A stretch of DNA of 64,000 bases from Eledone cirrhosa (Eukaryota). Position numbers and translations under genes: made by a program. Location: the NCBI GenBank assembly GCA_964016885.1, contig OZ024753.1, forward strand, positions 33,914,001 through 33,978,000, written 5' to 3'. Each line of letters begins with the position of its first letter. Positions within the stretch are counted from its first letter, which is position 1. The notes beneath the pieces were generated by a model. That model ran no database searches. It saw nothing but the letters and a program-made list of their open reading frames with translations, and had not been told where the DNA came from. Shown piece by piece: positions 1 through 15,885 of the stretch.

Positions 1-103
1 AGAAGAAGAAGAAGAAGAAGAAGAAGAAGAAGAAGAAGAAGAAGAAGAAGAAGAAGAAGAAGAAGAAGAAGAAGAAGAAGAAGAAGAAGAAGAAGAAGAA
101 GAA
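1..103. repeat. (GAA)n microsatellite
   Basis: Pure AGA/GAA repeat from the window start. Confidence 0.98.
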
Positions 104-392
104 ATACGACAAATGATGGTTGGTGTGTTAATAATGGCTGATGGTAATATCCTATCACCTAGATACACAACTCTTTATTGATTGGCATTTCACAACTCTT
201 TTATAGACTTAGTACAATAATTTCTTATTTTAACTAATAATCATTAAACCAATGGAATGCCTTACAGATAGTTCCACACTCGTACACAGATACACGCTTA
301 CGTGTTTATAATCGTGTACAGATACCCAGGAGCACACATTTGAATACACACGCACAACAACCAGCATAGATATTGATACAGTTACACTCATA

Positions 393-461
<69 letters not shown>

Positions 462-596
462 GTGAGGTTTTTTTTTTACAGAATGAAAAATAACCGAGGT
501 GTCCTACACGAGTGAAAGTATAAAGAAAAAGAGATGAAATCGAAAATGCAACTGGAGTCTTATTTTTTTTTTTAAATATATATATTTATTTGGTTT

Positions 597-632
597 CTTT
601 GCCGGTTTCGCAGTTCTTCTGCTTTTCAAAAG
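597..632 (-). ncRNA. Degenerate type I hammerhead motif (U3-A8 core), probably inactive
   Basis: Minus strand reads ctt-TTGAAAA-gcag aagaa ctgc-GAAA-CCGG-CA-aag. Stem II and the palindromic loop III are present, but U16.1 is replaced by C. Confidence 0.4.
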
Positions 633-756
633 GTGAGTTGAGATGGAGGGTCTGTATATATATGTATATATATGTGTATATATATATATGTATATATATA
701 TATGTAGGAGGTGAGTGTTATTGTAGTACAATCCTGTTTATTGTAGTACAATCCTG

Positions 757-823
757 TTTTATCTGATGAAAACACAAATATTATTGCATGATGATGTTTG
801 TTTTTGAAATGCGCATAATAAAA
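757..823 (+). ncRNA. Type I hammerhead ribozyme, PLE type
   Basis: ttttat-CTGATGA-(stem II caaatattatt/gatgatgtttg)-GAAA-TGCGCA-TA-ataaaa. 6-bp stem I, palindromic loop III, AUA cleavage triplet. Preceded by a 20-bp tandem duplication (718-757). Confidence 0.85.
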
Positions 824-914
824 TACATGGAACTCCTTTAACCATCTTTTGATCTTATATTATGTATATATATATATGTATATGTGTGTATATATATATA
901 TGTCTAAATGTATA

Positions 915-945
<31 letters not shown>

Positions 946-1027
946 GTATATGTGTGTATATATATATATATGTGTCTAAATGTATATATATAGTATATGT
1001 ATGTATGTGTCTATATATATATATGTC

Positions 1028-1066
<39 letters not shown>

Positions 1067-1215
1067 TGCACATCCTATTGGAATATAGAAATACACGTAA
1101 TGACTTAGCAACAGAGGTGAGCACCAAGCACACAATGGAAACACATATAACATAAGCACAAACAAATACATACACACAGAAATATATATATATATATATA
1201 GTTTTAATATAGATG

Positions 1216-1266
1216 AGATTCTACAGGACTAGAACTGTTTCATTCATTAGAAATCATCAGGAATCT
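1216..1266 (-). ncRNA. Minimal type I hammerhead ribozyme (left arm)
   Basis: Exact reverse complement of 4162-4212. Confidence 0.8.
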
Positions 1267-1849
1267 GGGTATCAAAAAATAAATATGGTATTTATAGGTC
1301 TCTACAAGTGGTAGGAGAGGGTGGGGAGTGGGATGGGTGCAGGTCATTGGTTGATAGAAAAGGGAATTCATTAAAAGCTAATTCTACAAAGCTATAGTTT
1401 ATTTTTATTTTTATTTATTTATGTTTTTAGAGTAACGAGGGCCGACAGAATTCTATAAACAGGTTCCGGATGGCATACCATTCCTTGTCATTAAGTTTCT
1501 CTTAAGCTAACAGGTGTCTATAAAATCAGTGGGGGGTCAGTCATGGTCGATAGAATTAAAGAAAAGGGAGATTCTTTAAAAGCCAAAGTCATTAAGTTTC
1601 TACTAAGTGACAAAATTCTGCAGACAGATTCAAAATACTGAGTGCATATATTACTATTATCTTCGAACTTCTCTTAAACTAATCAACTATATGCCAAAAA
1701 TCAACAGACACATTCACAAAAAACAAAAAACCACATACTCACTCACACACTTACGCGCAACCATAAACACACACACAAACACATATACACACATAAAAAC
1801 ACACACACATATATAAAATATATATTCATGTACACACACATACATACAC

Positions 1850-1880
<31 letters not shown>

Positions 1881-1881
1881 T

Positions 1882-1928
<47 letters not shown>

Positions 1929-2130
1929 TATATACACATATATACACACACACATATATATATATACACATACACACACACATACACATACATACACACA
2001 CACACACATATATACACAAATAAATACACTCACACGCACACATACAAACACAAATATACATGTGTATACATATACACACAAATACATATAGACATATATA
2101 CATACACATACACAGACACATATACACACA

Positions 2131-2233
<103 letters not shown>

Positions 2234-2285
2234 ACACATACATACACATACATATATACACACACATACGCATACATATATATAC

Positions 2286-2345
<60 letters not shown>

Positions 2346-2362
2346 GTACACACACACACATG

Positions 2363-2410
<48 letters not shown>

Positions 2411-2546
2411 CCCCATACACACACATATATATACATATACACACACATACACACAAACACACACACACACATATATACACATATACATATATATATATAC
2501 ATTCATATATATAACCACATACATATATACATACATACACATACAC

Positions 2547-2579
<33 letters not shown>

Positions 2580-2642
2580 AACAAATATATACAAATACAA
2601 ACACACACACACACACACATACATACACATACATATATATAC

Positions 2643-2703
<61 letters not shown>

Positions 2704-2804
2704 TACACACACATACACATATATACACATATATAAGGAAAAAGCACCATACATACATATATATATATACATACACACATATATATATATATACATACAC
2801 ACAT

Positions 2805-2855
<51 letters not shown>

Positions 2856-3018
2856 TATATACACACATATATACACACACCCACACATATACATATATAC
2901 ATATACACACACACATACATACACATACACATATACATAAGTATATATATATATATATATACATACACACAAATATATACATATATATAAAAAAATACAC
3001 ACATATATACATACTTAC

Positions 3019-3054
<36 letters not shown>

Positions 3055-3192
3055 GTATGTGTATGTATGTATATATGTATGTGGTTATATATATGAATGT
3101 ATATATATATATGTATATGTGTATATATATGTGTGTGTGTGTTTGTGTGTATGTGTGTGTATATGTATATATATGTGTGTGTATGGGGTTTT

Positions 3193-3267
<75 letters not shown>

Positions 3268-3467
3268 GTATGCGTATGTGTGTATATATGTATGTGTATG
3301 TATGTATGTGTTGTATGTGTGTGTATGTATACACATGTATATTTGTGTTTGTATGTATGCGTGTGAGTGTATTTATGTGTGTATATATGTGTGTGTGTGT
3401 GTATGTATGTGTATGTGTGTGTGTATGTGTATATATATATATGTGTGTGTGTATATATGTGTATATA

Positions 3468-3540
<73 letters not shown>

Positions 3541-4161
3541 TGTATGTATGTATGTATGTATGTATGTATGTGTGTATGTATGTGTGTGTACATGAATATA
3601 TATTTGTATATATGTGTGTGTGTTTTTATGTGTGTATATGTGTTTGTGTGTGTGTTTATGGTTTGCGCGTAAGTGTGTGAGTGAGTATGTGGTTTTTTGT
3701 TTTTTTGTGAATGTGTCTGTTGATTTTTGGCATATAGTTGATTAGTTTAAGAGAAGTTCGAAGATAATAGTAATATATGCACTCAGTATTTTGAATCTGT
3801 CTGCAGAATTCTCTAGACCTTTGTCACTTAGTAGCACCTTAATGACTTTAGCTTTTAAAGAATCTCCCTTTTCTTTAATTCTATCGACCATGACTGACCC
3901 CCCACTGATTTTATAGACACCTGTTAGCTTAAGAGAAACTTAATGACAAGGAATGGTATGCCATCCGGAACCTGTTTATAGAATTCTGTCTGCCCTTGTT
4001 ACTCTAAAAACATAAATAAATAAAAATAAACTATAGCTTTGTAGAATTAGCTTTTAATGAATTCCCTTTTCTATCAACCAATGACCTGCACCCATCCCAC
4101 TCCCCACCCTCTCCTACCACTTGTAGAGACCTATAAATACCATATTTATTTTTTGATACCC

Positions 4162-4212
4162 AGATTCCTGATGATTTCTAATGAATGAAACAGTTCTAGT
4201 CCTGTAGAATCT
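4162..4212 (+). ncRNA. Minimal type I hammerhead ribozyme (right arm)
   Basis: agattc-CTGATGA-tttctaatgaat-GAAA-cag ttctagtc ctg-TA-gaatct. 6-bp stem I, short stem II, stem III acag/ctgt, GUA triplet. Confidence 0.8.
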
Positions 4213-4294
4213 CATCTATATTAAAACTTTTATACTCTGCTATGTATTGAATACCTTACTTACTGTGGTTACCTCCGATTCAACCCGGAATAAC

Positions 4295-4295
<1 letters not shown>

Positions 4296-4367
<72 letters not shown>

Positions 4368-4730
4368 TATATATATATATATATATAGACACATACATAT
4401 ACTATATATATACATTTAAACACATATATATATACACACATATACATATATATATACACATATATATACATGTAGACATATATATATATATAGACACATA
4501 CATACATATACTATATACATTTAGACACATATATATATATACACACATATACATATATATATATATATACACATATATATACATTTAGACATATATATAT
4601 ATACACACATATACATATATATATATACATATATATATATACACATATAAATACATATATATACATATACATAAATATATATAGACACATATACATATAT
4701 ATACATATACATATATATATATATAGACAC

Positions 4731-4763
<33 letters not shown>

Positions 4764-4916
4764 TATACACATATATATACATATATATACATATACACAT
4801 ATATATATATAGACACATATATATATATATACACATATACATATATATATATACACACACATATACACACATATATATATATACACATATATATACATAT
4901 ACACATATATATACAA

Positions 4917-4956
<40 letters not shown>

Positions 4957-5104
4957 ATACACATATATATACATATACATACTTATATATATACACATAT
5001 ATATACATATATATATATACATATATACATGCATATATATATATATACATATATATACACATATATATACATACATATACATATACATACTTATTTATAT
5101 ACAC

Positions 5105-5163
<59 letters not shown>

Positions 5164-5183
5164 TATATATATACATATATACA

Positions 5184-5239
<56 letters not shown>
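4296..5239. repeat. Compound (TA)n/(CA)n/(TACA)n microsatellite field
   Basis: Directly visible. Similar fields at 860-1064, 1800-3660, 11040-11510, 18665-19165, 30255-31015, 41610-42490 and 51553-52150. Confidence 0.95.
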
Positions 5240-5242
<3 letters not shown>

Positions 5243-5627
5243 TGTGAAAAATGGAGTTTTGACTAGTCGTGACTTGTCATTAATCCGACCTCATCGTATT
5301 TCTCAGCTATCTATTTGGAATCTAACAAAACGGCACGGCAGAGCAGCGTTCCAGCAGATCTAACGCATGATTCCTTCTATTCTATTTCTTTGATATTCGT
5401 ATATACAATATATAAAATCATTAGATTTTATTATGGGAAGAATCAAGTTGCGACATGGCTGAACAACGTGACCATGCGTACATAGATATTGCTGTTGGGT
5501 TAATATGTAAAATGCATTGCGTCATGCTAGATATGTTGTGACGTGAATTAACTTGCACTGAATATCAGGACGGTGAGGAAGGGGTAGATGCTTCGTAAAA
5601 TATTTTTTTTGATGGTGAGGATGATAA

Positions 5628-5750
5628 CGATCATCGTTCATCATCATCGTCGTCATCGTCGTTATAATCGTCATCATCATCATCATCATGATTATCATCG
5701 TCGTCGTCATCATCATTATCTTCGTCATCGCCATTCACATCGTCTTCATT

Positions 5751-5783
<33 letters not shown>

Positions 5784-5992
5784 GCCATCGTCTTCATTAT
5801 CGTCATCGCCCTCATCATCATCATCATCATCATTATCATCACTATCATCATCATCACTACCATCATCATCATCATTTTCATAATCACAATCATGAATGTG
5901 GTACTAAATAACCATCACTGGAATCATCATCTTCACCACCATCATCCTAACTATAACCCTCTACAATTATCATCATCATCATCATCATCATA
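5628..5992. repeat. Degenerate (CAT)n trinucleotide array
   Basis: CAT/CGT/TAT/CAC triplets. Confidence 0.95.
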
Positions 5993-6424
5993 ATTATGAT
6001 CCGTATCATCATCTCCCTACTCTTAAATATCAACATCTTTTTCACCATTTTTATGCACCCCTTGGAAATTGGAAATCTAAAAAGAAGCTGTTTTAGTGTC
6101 ATAGTCTTCTATGATGTTATCTACACCACTGACAGCAATATATACTTTGTCGTGTGGGATTTGAACTCAGAACTGTAATAGATAGCATTGCATAATCTTT
6201 TGGCTGAGGCTCTGACAATTCTGCCAATTTTCTGCCATATTACGACTACCAATGATACAATTATTAATCAACAGAGAGACAGGAAGGGCGAGAGAGATGG
6301 AGGCGATGACAGTGGGAGTTCGACTCTTCCGCGTTCGGACCATATCAAATGTAGTCTAGTAAAAACTACCACTTCATGTTAAAGACTCTCATTATCAATA
6401 CTAATATCACCTTCCCCGTAATAA

Positions 6425-6607
6425 TTGTTTCTAATTTTAGCACAAGGCCAGCAATTACCCAGTAGATTACTGGTACTTTATTTTATCGACCCCGTAAGGA
6501 TGAAAGGCAAAGTTAACCTCGACGAGATTTGAACTCAAACCGTAAAGGGACGTGACTATGCTAGAAAGCATGGCGTCCAACCCTCTACCGATACTGCCAC
6601 TTCACCA
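6425..6607 (-). mobile_element. tRNA-derived SINE, family 1 (Deu/Nin-like core)
   Basis: Minus strand has the A-box-like TGGCAGTATCGG, B-box GAGTTCAAATC and core GCCTTTCATCCTTACGGGGTCGATAAAATAAAGTACCAG. Many copies in this window. Confidence 0.85.
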
Positions 6608-7474
6608 TAATAATTAAAAACCACCATCAACAGAATGGAAAAAACTCCATTACTATTGCGAATTTTTTATGTAGCAAAACGGTGGTTTTAGAGAGTAGAT
6701 TTCAAATTAAAATATTCTCATTTTGAATGTTATAATCCATTGACATGTAATCTATGAGAAAATGTCTCATACTATACTCCTTATGTTGGCCATATTGTTT
6801 TAATATTTTGTTTTTTTATTTTTCTCTTTTGAAATTACAAATATTGAAATTACAAATATTTAAACACCTGCCCAGTTAGCATTTTACAGGTATTCGACTA
6901 TTTAGTTGTTATATCATTCTCTTCTTTCCTTTCTTCTTTATGCTTTGAGATATAACTTTCAGATAGACGCTTAAATGTTTGTTTCTAATGTACAAATCCC
7001 CCTATTTTCTTTTCCTTTTATTTTTTTTATGTTTCAATGTCAATGTAAATGTAAAAGGATAAATTTTATAAACTATCTCATGTAATAAATTATTAAAATG
7101 TATTACTTCTTATATTGCTTTAGGCAATGAATACACAACAAAAAATATGGCCATCTGGTGTTTGTGCTCTTCAGATATAAATGGTGAATTACAGATATAT
7201 TATGGCAGTCGGTTAGTTCAGCTATTGGAGCATTGCATTGAAAGCTCTTATTATGTTTCTGATGCATTGTTTCCTATATTTTTTTCTTTTCACCCTAAGT
7301 TTAAATGGTGTTGATATCAGCTTTGGCTTTCATTTTTTCGAGAGGGAGGGGTGCCATAAATAATGTAACAGTGCTTGGGATTGATTCTTCTCTCTCATTC
7401 TATCTCTCCCCTTTCTCTCTCTCTCCCTATTTTTACTTTCAGATTTCATCAATTAAAATGGACAAATACAAAAA

Positions 7475-7672
<198 letters not shown>

Positions 7673-8165
7673 TGTGTAGGTACCATCAGCTCGATGGTCA
7701 TAGTAAACTGCTGCAATGTATATGAAAAATCTAGAGAAAATTAGTTTTATTTCCATCATTTCCAAAGTGAGATGAAATATAAACATAGGATTGTCCAACA
7801 ACTGATAGGATTTTATTCAACTGCACTGACTCATAGCAGCATTACTGATCTGTGATGAGAAACACCTTAATGGGTCTTTAAAGTTCCTTTTGTCTTCTCG
7901 ACTCATTTTGAAACATTTTCTGAAAGGTAAATGGAGCATTCATACACCTGAGTCCTATACATTCAGGATGGTTTAGTTGATTAGCTGGGTTTCGATAGCA
8001 ATTGTAACAAATCAAATCTGATTTCCTATGTTACTTTCCCTATAAAGTCGTATGACAACCAAGCTTTTATCAACTTATACAGATGTTCGAGATATACTAG
8101 TTTAGGCCGAGTACTGTCCAAACGCTTCAGAAGTGGGAATATTTGTCTCAGTTGATTCGGAATAT

Positions 8166-8350
8166 CAGCCCTGCCAACCTCTAAAACCCAAACGAAGAGT
8201 ATCATGAAAAAAGGTGCCCCCAACACGGGGAGAAATGAGGAGATTTTACATAACGAAAGCTATACCCATTTTAACAAAAGAGGACATCTCTCACTCACCC
8301 CAAAGTGGGTGGGAGATCTCCCCGCCCGACGGGGAGAGTTGACCCGTCTG
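8166..8350 (+). mobile_element. MITE family M1 (CAGACCTGCCAAC-type TIRs)
   Basis: Imperfect TIRs cagccctgccaac / gttgacccgtctg. Flanked by GAATAT on both sides. Four more copies in the window. Confidence 0.8.
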
Positions 8351-8713
8351 GAATATTATAATATTATCTCGCTTATTTCAATGTCTTTCATTACACTGAA
8401 GCTATTGAATAAACTGTAGAAATCTACATGATTTAGATATATATATCTTTATTTTACCTGCTGCATCTGATGTTCCAGCTATTCGCCTGTTATCATATTA
8501 AAGTAAATTAAGCAAACATGTGTGTGTGTGCATCTGTCTGCACGTGTGTGCATGTGTGCATGTGTGTACGTGAATGTATGGTAATAAGAGTTAAGAGAGC
8601 TGTATAGCTGTAACCTTACTGAATCTGAAGAAACGTGCTTTCAGTTGAGGTGTATTTTTAGCATCATTTAAGGCATGATTTTCATGTAAAACCAACATCC
8701 TTAATTATATATA

Positions 8714-8791
8714 CATGGTGTCCCAAAATGAAGTATACATACTTTGATTATAACTGTGTATAAGTATGTATACATTTTTTGAGACACCTTG
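8714..8791. mobile_element. Tiny Tc1/mariner-type MITE
   Basis: TA|CATGGTGTCCCAAAA...TTTTGAGACACCTTG|TA. TIRs with a TA target duplication. Confidence 0.65.
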
Positions 8792-9414
8792 TATGTATAT
8801 ATATATATATATATACATATATTATATATTATATATATATACATTTTAGACACAATTTACTGTGTTTATCACTACATATATTATATATATATATACATAT
8901 TATATATATATATACATATATTATATATATATATTATATATATATATACATATATTATATATATATATATTATATATATATATACATATATATATAATAT
9001 ATGTATATATATATAATATATGTATATATATATAATATATGTATATATATATATAATATATGTATGTATATATATATAATATATGTATGTATATATATAT
9101 AATATATGTATATATATATATATAATATATGTATATATATAATATATGTATATATATATATATATATTATATATATATATATATAATATATATACATATA
9201 TATATACATATATATACATATATATATAATAGAAACATTAATGAGAGTAAATTCTACGTGAGCCAATGTAGGTGAATGTGTATTAACTACGTTATTCAAT
9301 GATATCATGCAGTTGCTGAGAGCTGGTATAGAGTAACACGCATGAACCTTTCAAATGTAATGTAGTGCTGCACTGTTATAGTAAACTTTTACTGAGGCAA
9401 GTATTTGAAGGAAC

Positions 9415-9822
9415 TGTAGCGACCTACAATCCGCGGGCTCACATACATTCTCTGTGCGTGATTTGGCTCAGCTCAGCCAATCAGTGCCAGGAGAAGAGGA
9501 TGTATCCCTGCGCGTCCTGAGGGAGAAATAGCCCGCGAAGATTTGAGGAATCCCACTCTTGCAGCTCGACAGCACAAAGGTAAACAACTACTTTTCTTTC
9601 GCCGTGAAATCACTAGCCAATATGTAACACAACAATTTAACCACGACCTGGCAACACAGAAAACAGCCAGTAGCCCGTGTCTTTCTGAAATCTTAATTCG
9701 TTTGTTTTATTTCTCTTGGCATGCCAGCTCAACCTTTGTTAATAAATAATGTAAAACATGCTAAAGTCGTTGTCCATATTCCTATCATATCTTTCTACCA
9801 AAGGTAGTTCCTCGTGGCAACA
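9415..9822 (+). mobile_element. Possible solo LTR
   Basis: Comparatively GC-rich island starting TGTAGCGAC and ending GTGGCAACA (7/9 terminal inverted match, TG...CA), with AATAAA near the 3' end. No clear TSD. Confidence 0.45.
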
Positions 9823-10189
9823 TTACTACTTCACAATACACTTTCTTTTTTTTTATTTTTACAGCGAAACAAAGTAGTTTGTTTGGAAGGAATAATGTTA
9901 TAGGTGCAATGCTTCATTTACAACATTTCTTTGAAGGAGGTATTAATGGAGATTTAATTAGCTCATGTGACTAACTCCATTGCAAAACTTCCAGATAAAC
10001 TTCAGAAATATTCTTAAATGAATTGATGAGAAAAATGTAATCTAAGGTTTCACAATCGATTACATCTCTTATCTTAAGCTTATGGATTAAGTATCGTAAA
10101 GTAATTACGAATTCTGGATGGAGTGTTGTTGGTTGGCTTTTAAGAAATAAATTAGTGTTTATGAGTGTGGAAAATTTAATGATGCAGGT

Positions 10190-10320
10190 GACGGGGTCGT
10201 GGCCGTAACCGTGGTCGTGAGATGGTCATGGTCCAGGTCGTGAGAGTGGCCGTGGCCTAGAACGTGACCTGGGTCGTGGCCTTGCTCCTGGTCCTGGTCG
10301 TAGCTGCGATGACCATGAGA
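10190..10320. repeat. Degenerate 6-bp (GGTCGT)n repeat
   Basis: ggtcgt/ggccgt/ggtcct units. Confidence 0.6.
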
Positions 10321-10430
10321 TGATCTTAGGGGAGAGGATGGGGTTAACGATAGTGGTGGTGGTAGTTATCGTACTGACGACGACGATGATGATGATGATG
10401 ATGATACATATATATATAGGAACGAGTAGG

Positions 10431-10526
10431 ACCCCGACGGCTGAGCTCAAGCCGTTTCGACGGCTAATTCTGGACTAAATGAAAATTTTGATCCTGGTAT
10501 TTGAATAGCCGAGCTTCTCAAGGGGT
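10431..10526 (-). ncRNA. Type I hammerhead ribozyme, family A, U3-A8 core (in pLTR fragment 10417-10601)
   Basis: acccc-TTGAGAA-g..cggctattc...gaattagccg..c-GAAA-cggc ttgagctca gccg-TC-ggggt. GUC triplet, palindromic loop TGAGCTCA. Confidence 0.8.
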
Positions 10527-10970
10527 AATTCCATATATGGTAAAAGTGATTGTCACAAGGATTGGTCAAAAGTTTGTTGTTGAGACATAATAATTCTATG
10601 ATATATATATACCTACCTAGCTATGTGTGGTTACACACTTGTAAAAATTATCTCCTGTGATTATTCATCTTTATATATATGTTAATCAATCTCTAGTTAT
10701 TATAAAATGCTCGGACCTACCCGATAGAATCTTAGAGCTTATTTTGCGGGTGATATGGCGCATGCCGTTCTGGCATGACACCCATAATTTTGATTTAGAT
10801 TAAATTCATTTAATTTATCTTAATTTTCGATATAGATATATATATATATATGTATATAAACGTTTGAAGTTAGGAAGGCCAGAACAATGCAGGTATGGAT
10901 ATAGAATATAAATACAAATGCAAAAGGTATTGCCGACAATTAGTCTTTTACCTTAAATTTATTTGAATAT

Positions 10971-11005
10971 CCTTATATTTCGAGATAATATATCTTCTTC
11001 AGAGG
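10971..11005 (-). ncRNA. Ultra-minimal hammerhead motif
   Basis: cct-CTGAAGA-a gata tat tatc tc-GAAA-TA-TA-agg. Stem III is reduced to ATAT. Confidence 0.55.
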
Positions 11006-11055
11006 GAAGTAAAGGGGTTAATCCAGTGTTCTAATTAGCTATATATATATGTATG

Positions 11056-11087
<32 letters not shown>

Positions 11088-11108
11088 TAATATATATATA
11101 TGTGTATG

Positions 11109-11171
<63 letters not shown>

Positions 11172-11186
11172 GTATATATATATATG

Positions 11187-11265
<79 letters not shown>

Positions 11266-11306
11266 ATATATATATATGTATGTATATATATATATATATA
11301 TGTATG

Positions 11307-11769
<463 letters not shown>

Positions 11770-12809
11770 CCTTTGGGCTAAACCCTAACATAATCTGTTA
11801 TCCTTGGAAAACTTTTGGAAATCTTTTCATCACAGTTCTGCTCAATCAGTCTGATCTTAATACAAGAAGTATATTATCCGAGTCAACAGGCTATATATGT
11901 AGATATATAATGAATGTGTATGTGTGTGTGTACGAGTGTATGTCTATGTACGTGTGTCTGTGTGTGTATTTGTGCAAGTGGGTGTGTTTGTGTATGTGTT
12001 CGTGTGTGTGGGCTCGTGTGTTTGTGTGTGTATGTGTGCATGTGGGTGTGTTTGTGTATGTGTGCTCGTGTGTGTGTGTGTATATGTTTGTGTATGTATG
12101 TTTGTGTTGTGTATGTGTTTTCGTGTGTATGCATATATGTACATGTACACTCAAATTTACAATGAAAGAATTAATATCTAATATCACACATTGCTGGTCA
12201 TCTCAATTCAATAACAACATGGGTGAATTTATTAAATTTCTGTGGCTGCCAAAAAGGGAACAGGATTATATAGAGCTTTATAGAAAGTTGAATAAATAAG
12301 AGAATCCTAAACTTAGCTTCCTTAACACTTTATTGTCTGATGCTATGACAATATCAGAGCATACGTCGTTTGGTGTAAAAACGAGCATGTCATCGTTAAT
12401 TCAGTACACTTCATCGAGTTCTTATATGTTGGAGATAAGAATTTGCTAAGCAGCTTTTCGTAATTGGTTTATGATAACTACTTAAGCAGTAATTGTAGTC
12501 ATGGAAACACGGTATATCTTGAGTACGGATGAGAAATCATTATCTTCATTTGCTTCTACTCGTTCTTTCTGTATGTACCTATATGTAATTATATATATAC
12601 ATATATAGATATAATTATACATATATACATATATAAATATAATTATACATATATATATATATATAGATATAATTATACATATATACATATATAGATATAA
12701 TTATACATATATACATATATAGATATAATTATACATATATACATATATAGATATAATTATACATATATATATATATACACAATTAATTGTATATGTATAA
12801 ATATGTAAT

Positions 12810-12866
<57 letters not shown>

Positions 12867-12887
12867 ATATATACATACATATATATA

Positions 12888-12972
<85 letters not shown>

Positions 12973-13060
12973 GTATATATATACAAATATAAATTAGCGA
13001 AAATCGTATTTCGGCTATTATATATACATATACATAATTAATTCTATATGTATATATATG

Positions 13061-13104
<44 letters not shown>

Positions 13105-13193
13105 TATATTTAGATGATTATATTTATATAATTATATACATATGTATAATTATATATATGTATGTATATGTATACATATATATGTATATATAA

Positions 13194-13330
13194 TTGTTTC
13201 TACTTTTTGGCACAAGGCCAGCAATTACCCAGTGCATTACTGGTACTTTATTTTATCGACCCCGTAAGGATGAAAGGCAAAGTCAACCTCGGCGGGATTC
13301 GAACTCAGAATGGCAAGGGCCGTAACTCTA
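13194..13330 (-). mobile_element. SINE family 1, partial
   Basis: Same core and B-box as 6425-6607. Confidence 0.8.
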
Positions 13331-13424
13331 TATGTATATATAATTATATATATTTATATATATATAATGTATATATAATATATGTATATATAATTATATA
13401 TATTTATATACATATAGATATATG

Positions 13425-13550
13425 TAAGGCGTTGAGCTTGTAACCGTGAGGTTGTGAGTTCGATTCTCAGGCTTGGTAATACACTATCTTTGAGCAAGAC
13501 ACTCTATTTCACGTTGCGTCAGTTTACTCAACTGTAAAAATGAGTTCCGA
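13425..13550 (+). mobile_element. SINE family 2, partial
   Basis: B-box GAGTTCGATTC followed by the CORE-like CTTTGAGCAAGACACTCTATTTCACGTTGC. Confidence 0.7.
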
Positions 13551-13910
13551 CGTCAATGATGCAAAGTGACTGATACACACCACCACCACCACCACCACCC
13601 ATCTGCATTGTTGAGGCTTCTAAAACGGCTATTTTTAATATTCCAGAATGCTTCAAACAAACTTTAACACTCTCATATTTTTTTAATATCGTATATATAT
13701 ATATATATATTTATTCTAGTTTGAGGTTCACCACTGTATAGAGCTGGTCTATTCCGTATGGTCAATCGTAATGCAATAATATAGAGAGTACTCAACGTAA
13801 GGCAGTTCAACCGTCTTTGTTTTTGTAGTTGGTGGTGCTATTACGGAGTTAAAAATATTATAATGAAATGACAGGAGGCTGGATTTGTGTAAATCCTTGA
13901 AAGGTTTATT

Positions 13911-13968
13911 ATACTATGATCATTTCAATGACTGGGTTCCGTATGAATCCGGTGATATCATCAGGTAT
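13911..13968 (-). ncRNA. Type I hammerhead ribozyme, PLE type (in island ~13712-14072)
   Basis: atac-CTGATGA-(irregular stem II)-GAAA-TGATCA-TA-gtat. Palindromic loop III. Confidence 0.65.
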
Positions 13969-14133
13969 TCGAAATATAATACGTGAATGTAATAGATAAA
14001 ATCCATGGGGCTGAAAATCGAGGACCGGAGGGCGACCGGTATTCTGTTCCTTCAACCTCCGCCAGTCGCCCTATCTATATATGTATATATGTATAATTAT
14101 ATCTATATATGTATATATATATATATATATATA

Positions 14134-14354
14134 GTAATAATAATAAATTTGAAGACTAAAATCCAAAGAGGGCTCGATAAGGATAAATATATATCAAATA
14201 TATAAGAACCGTTGAGCAAATATTTATTAAAATAACAGATTAAAGTTTAAGCAAAGAATCGCTGCTTTCAACCTTAACGGGATCTGAATTTCAGCAGATC
14301 CTGTTAAGGGTGAAAGCAGCGATTCTTTGCTTAAACTTTAATCTGTTATTTTAA
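14134..14354. mobile_element. Family C PLE fragment with 60-bp fold-back containing the 3' half of an HHR
   Basis: Arms 14227-14286 and 14295-14354 (2 mismatches) contain ccc gttaa ggg t-GAAA-gca...tgc-TT. Related copies at 19868-20023 and 34498-34620. Confidence 0.75.
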
Positions 14355-14390
14355 AAATAAATATATATATATATATATATTCATGTGTTT

Positions 14391-14485
<95 letters not shown>

Positions 14486-15280
14486 TGCGTGTGCGTGTGC
14501 GTGTGCGTGTGCGTGTGTGTATGCGTGTGTGCGTGTGTGTATACTTTGAAATCAGTCGTATGAAACAGTGGTTCTTCCTATAAATTATTATGTAAATAAA
14601 TATTTTCTGACATTGCCGATATACATTCACCTAAATAATTAATATGGACATGATATAGGAGAGACAAGATGTAGTCGAAATATAATTTCCTCTTTAATTA
14701 TTCACTAAATCTCTGTATATAATATATTTCCTACGTCGCAAAGAGATGAACTATTTTTAGTTTTTCTATTTGTTCTGTGTGATTCTATTAATCCGATTCC
14801 TTTATATGATATTGATGATGTTGTTTTGATTCAGTCACCTTTGTTGTTTGTGGCTTCGTGTGTTGACTTAGATATTGTCTCCATGGTGATTCAAATGTAT
14901 AAAATGAAATATGTATGCCATCACGAATAACGTTCAACATCATTTATTGCTACTAACCAGAAAGACCACCGTTATGAGTAATGTTCAGTTAGTGTGTACA
15001 GCATATATGTAAGTATGTGTGTTGTATATATGTAAGTATGTGTGTGCGTTCGTATATATCGAACTATATAGAACTTAATGCATAAATTCATGATGTAAAC
15101 AAGTTGGGTGTGATTTGAGAGAAAATTGGCTACTATACCTAATACGTTGTGTTATGGCAGTTTGTATAAGATGGTGTGTGAGTTATTTAGACTGTGACAG
15201 GTAGTTGGACGAGGTTTTTTTTATATATATATGTGTGTGTGTGTGAGTGTGTGTGTGTGTGTGTGTCTGTATATATATAT

Positions 15281-15885
15281 ATGGTGGCTGCCAACTTGTT
15301 TTCGAGTAAGGCCACTACTTTATACCCATGTAGGAGAACCCCTACCGATGCGCTGAACGAGTGTGACTTTTTAGTCCAACCAGCGACTTGAAAACTCTGG
15401 TACAAACACTACACTTGTGACAATTACTGACACATAGTGCTGGGCCCATGGTACCATGTGACGACAAGTGCAGAGAGATCTCCAGATATAAAGCAATGCC
15501 TGTGCCGTGAAGCTTTTATAGTGAGCAAAGGCACTGCACAAAGCCAGTCCCACTCTCTTAACCAAGATGATATTTACCAAAAAGAAGAACAAGTCAACAT
15601 CATTGGATACCATCAGGGTTGCAGGTGTTAGATCAGAGTTTTCCTTCTAGAATTCTGCCTAGACGAAGGCTAAGGGGTCATCTCTCCCGGTGATTTTGGA
15701 TGGCCATTGACTCTTAAGAGCTCCTTTGCCCTTTAACAGGTTTTGTTTTTAGTCCTGCAGGATGTCTAAAGTCACCCTCCTCACCAAGAAACCTTGGTGT
15801 GGTTGCCAGTTTAGTCGCCAACTGACCATAAGACAGGTTGTACTGGGATACATGTTACCAGTAACACCAACTGGTGACCTGACAT
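15281..15885 (-). mobile_element. ~600-bp non-autonomous element B with RTE-like 5' region, copy 1
   Basis: Highly similar to 20608-21220 and 31017-31574, with a shared end next to (TA)n. Confidence 0.8.
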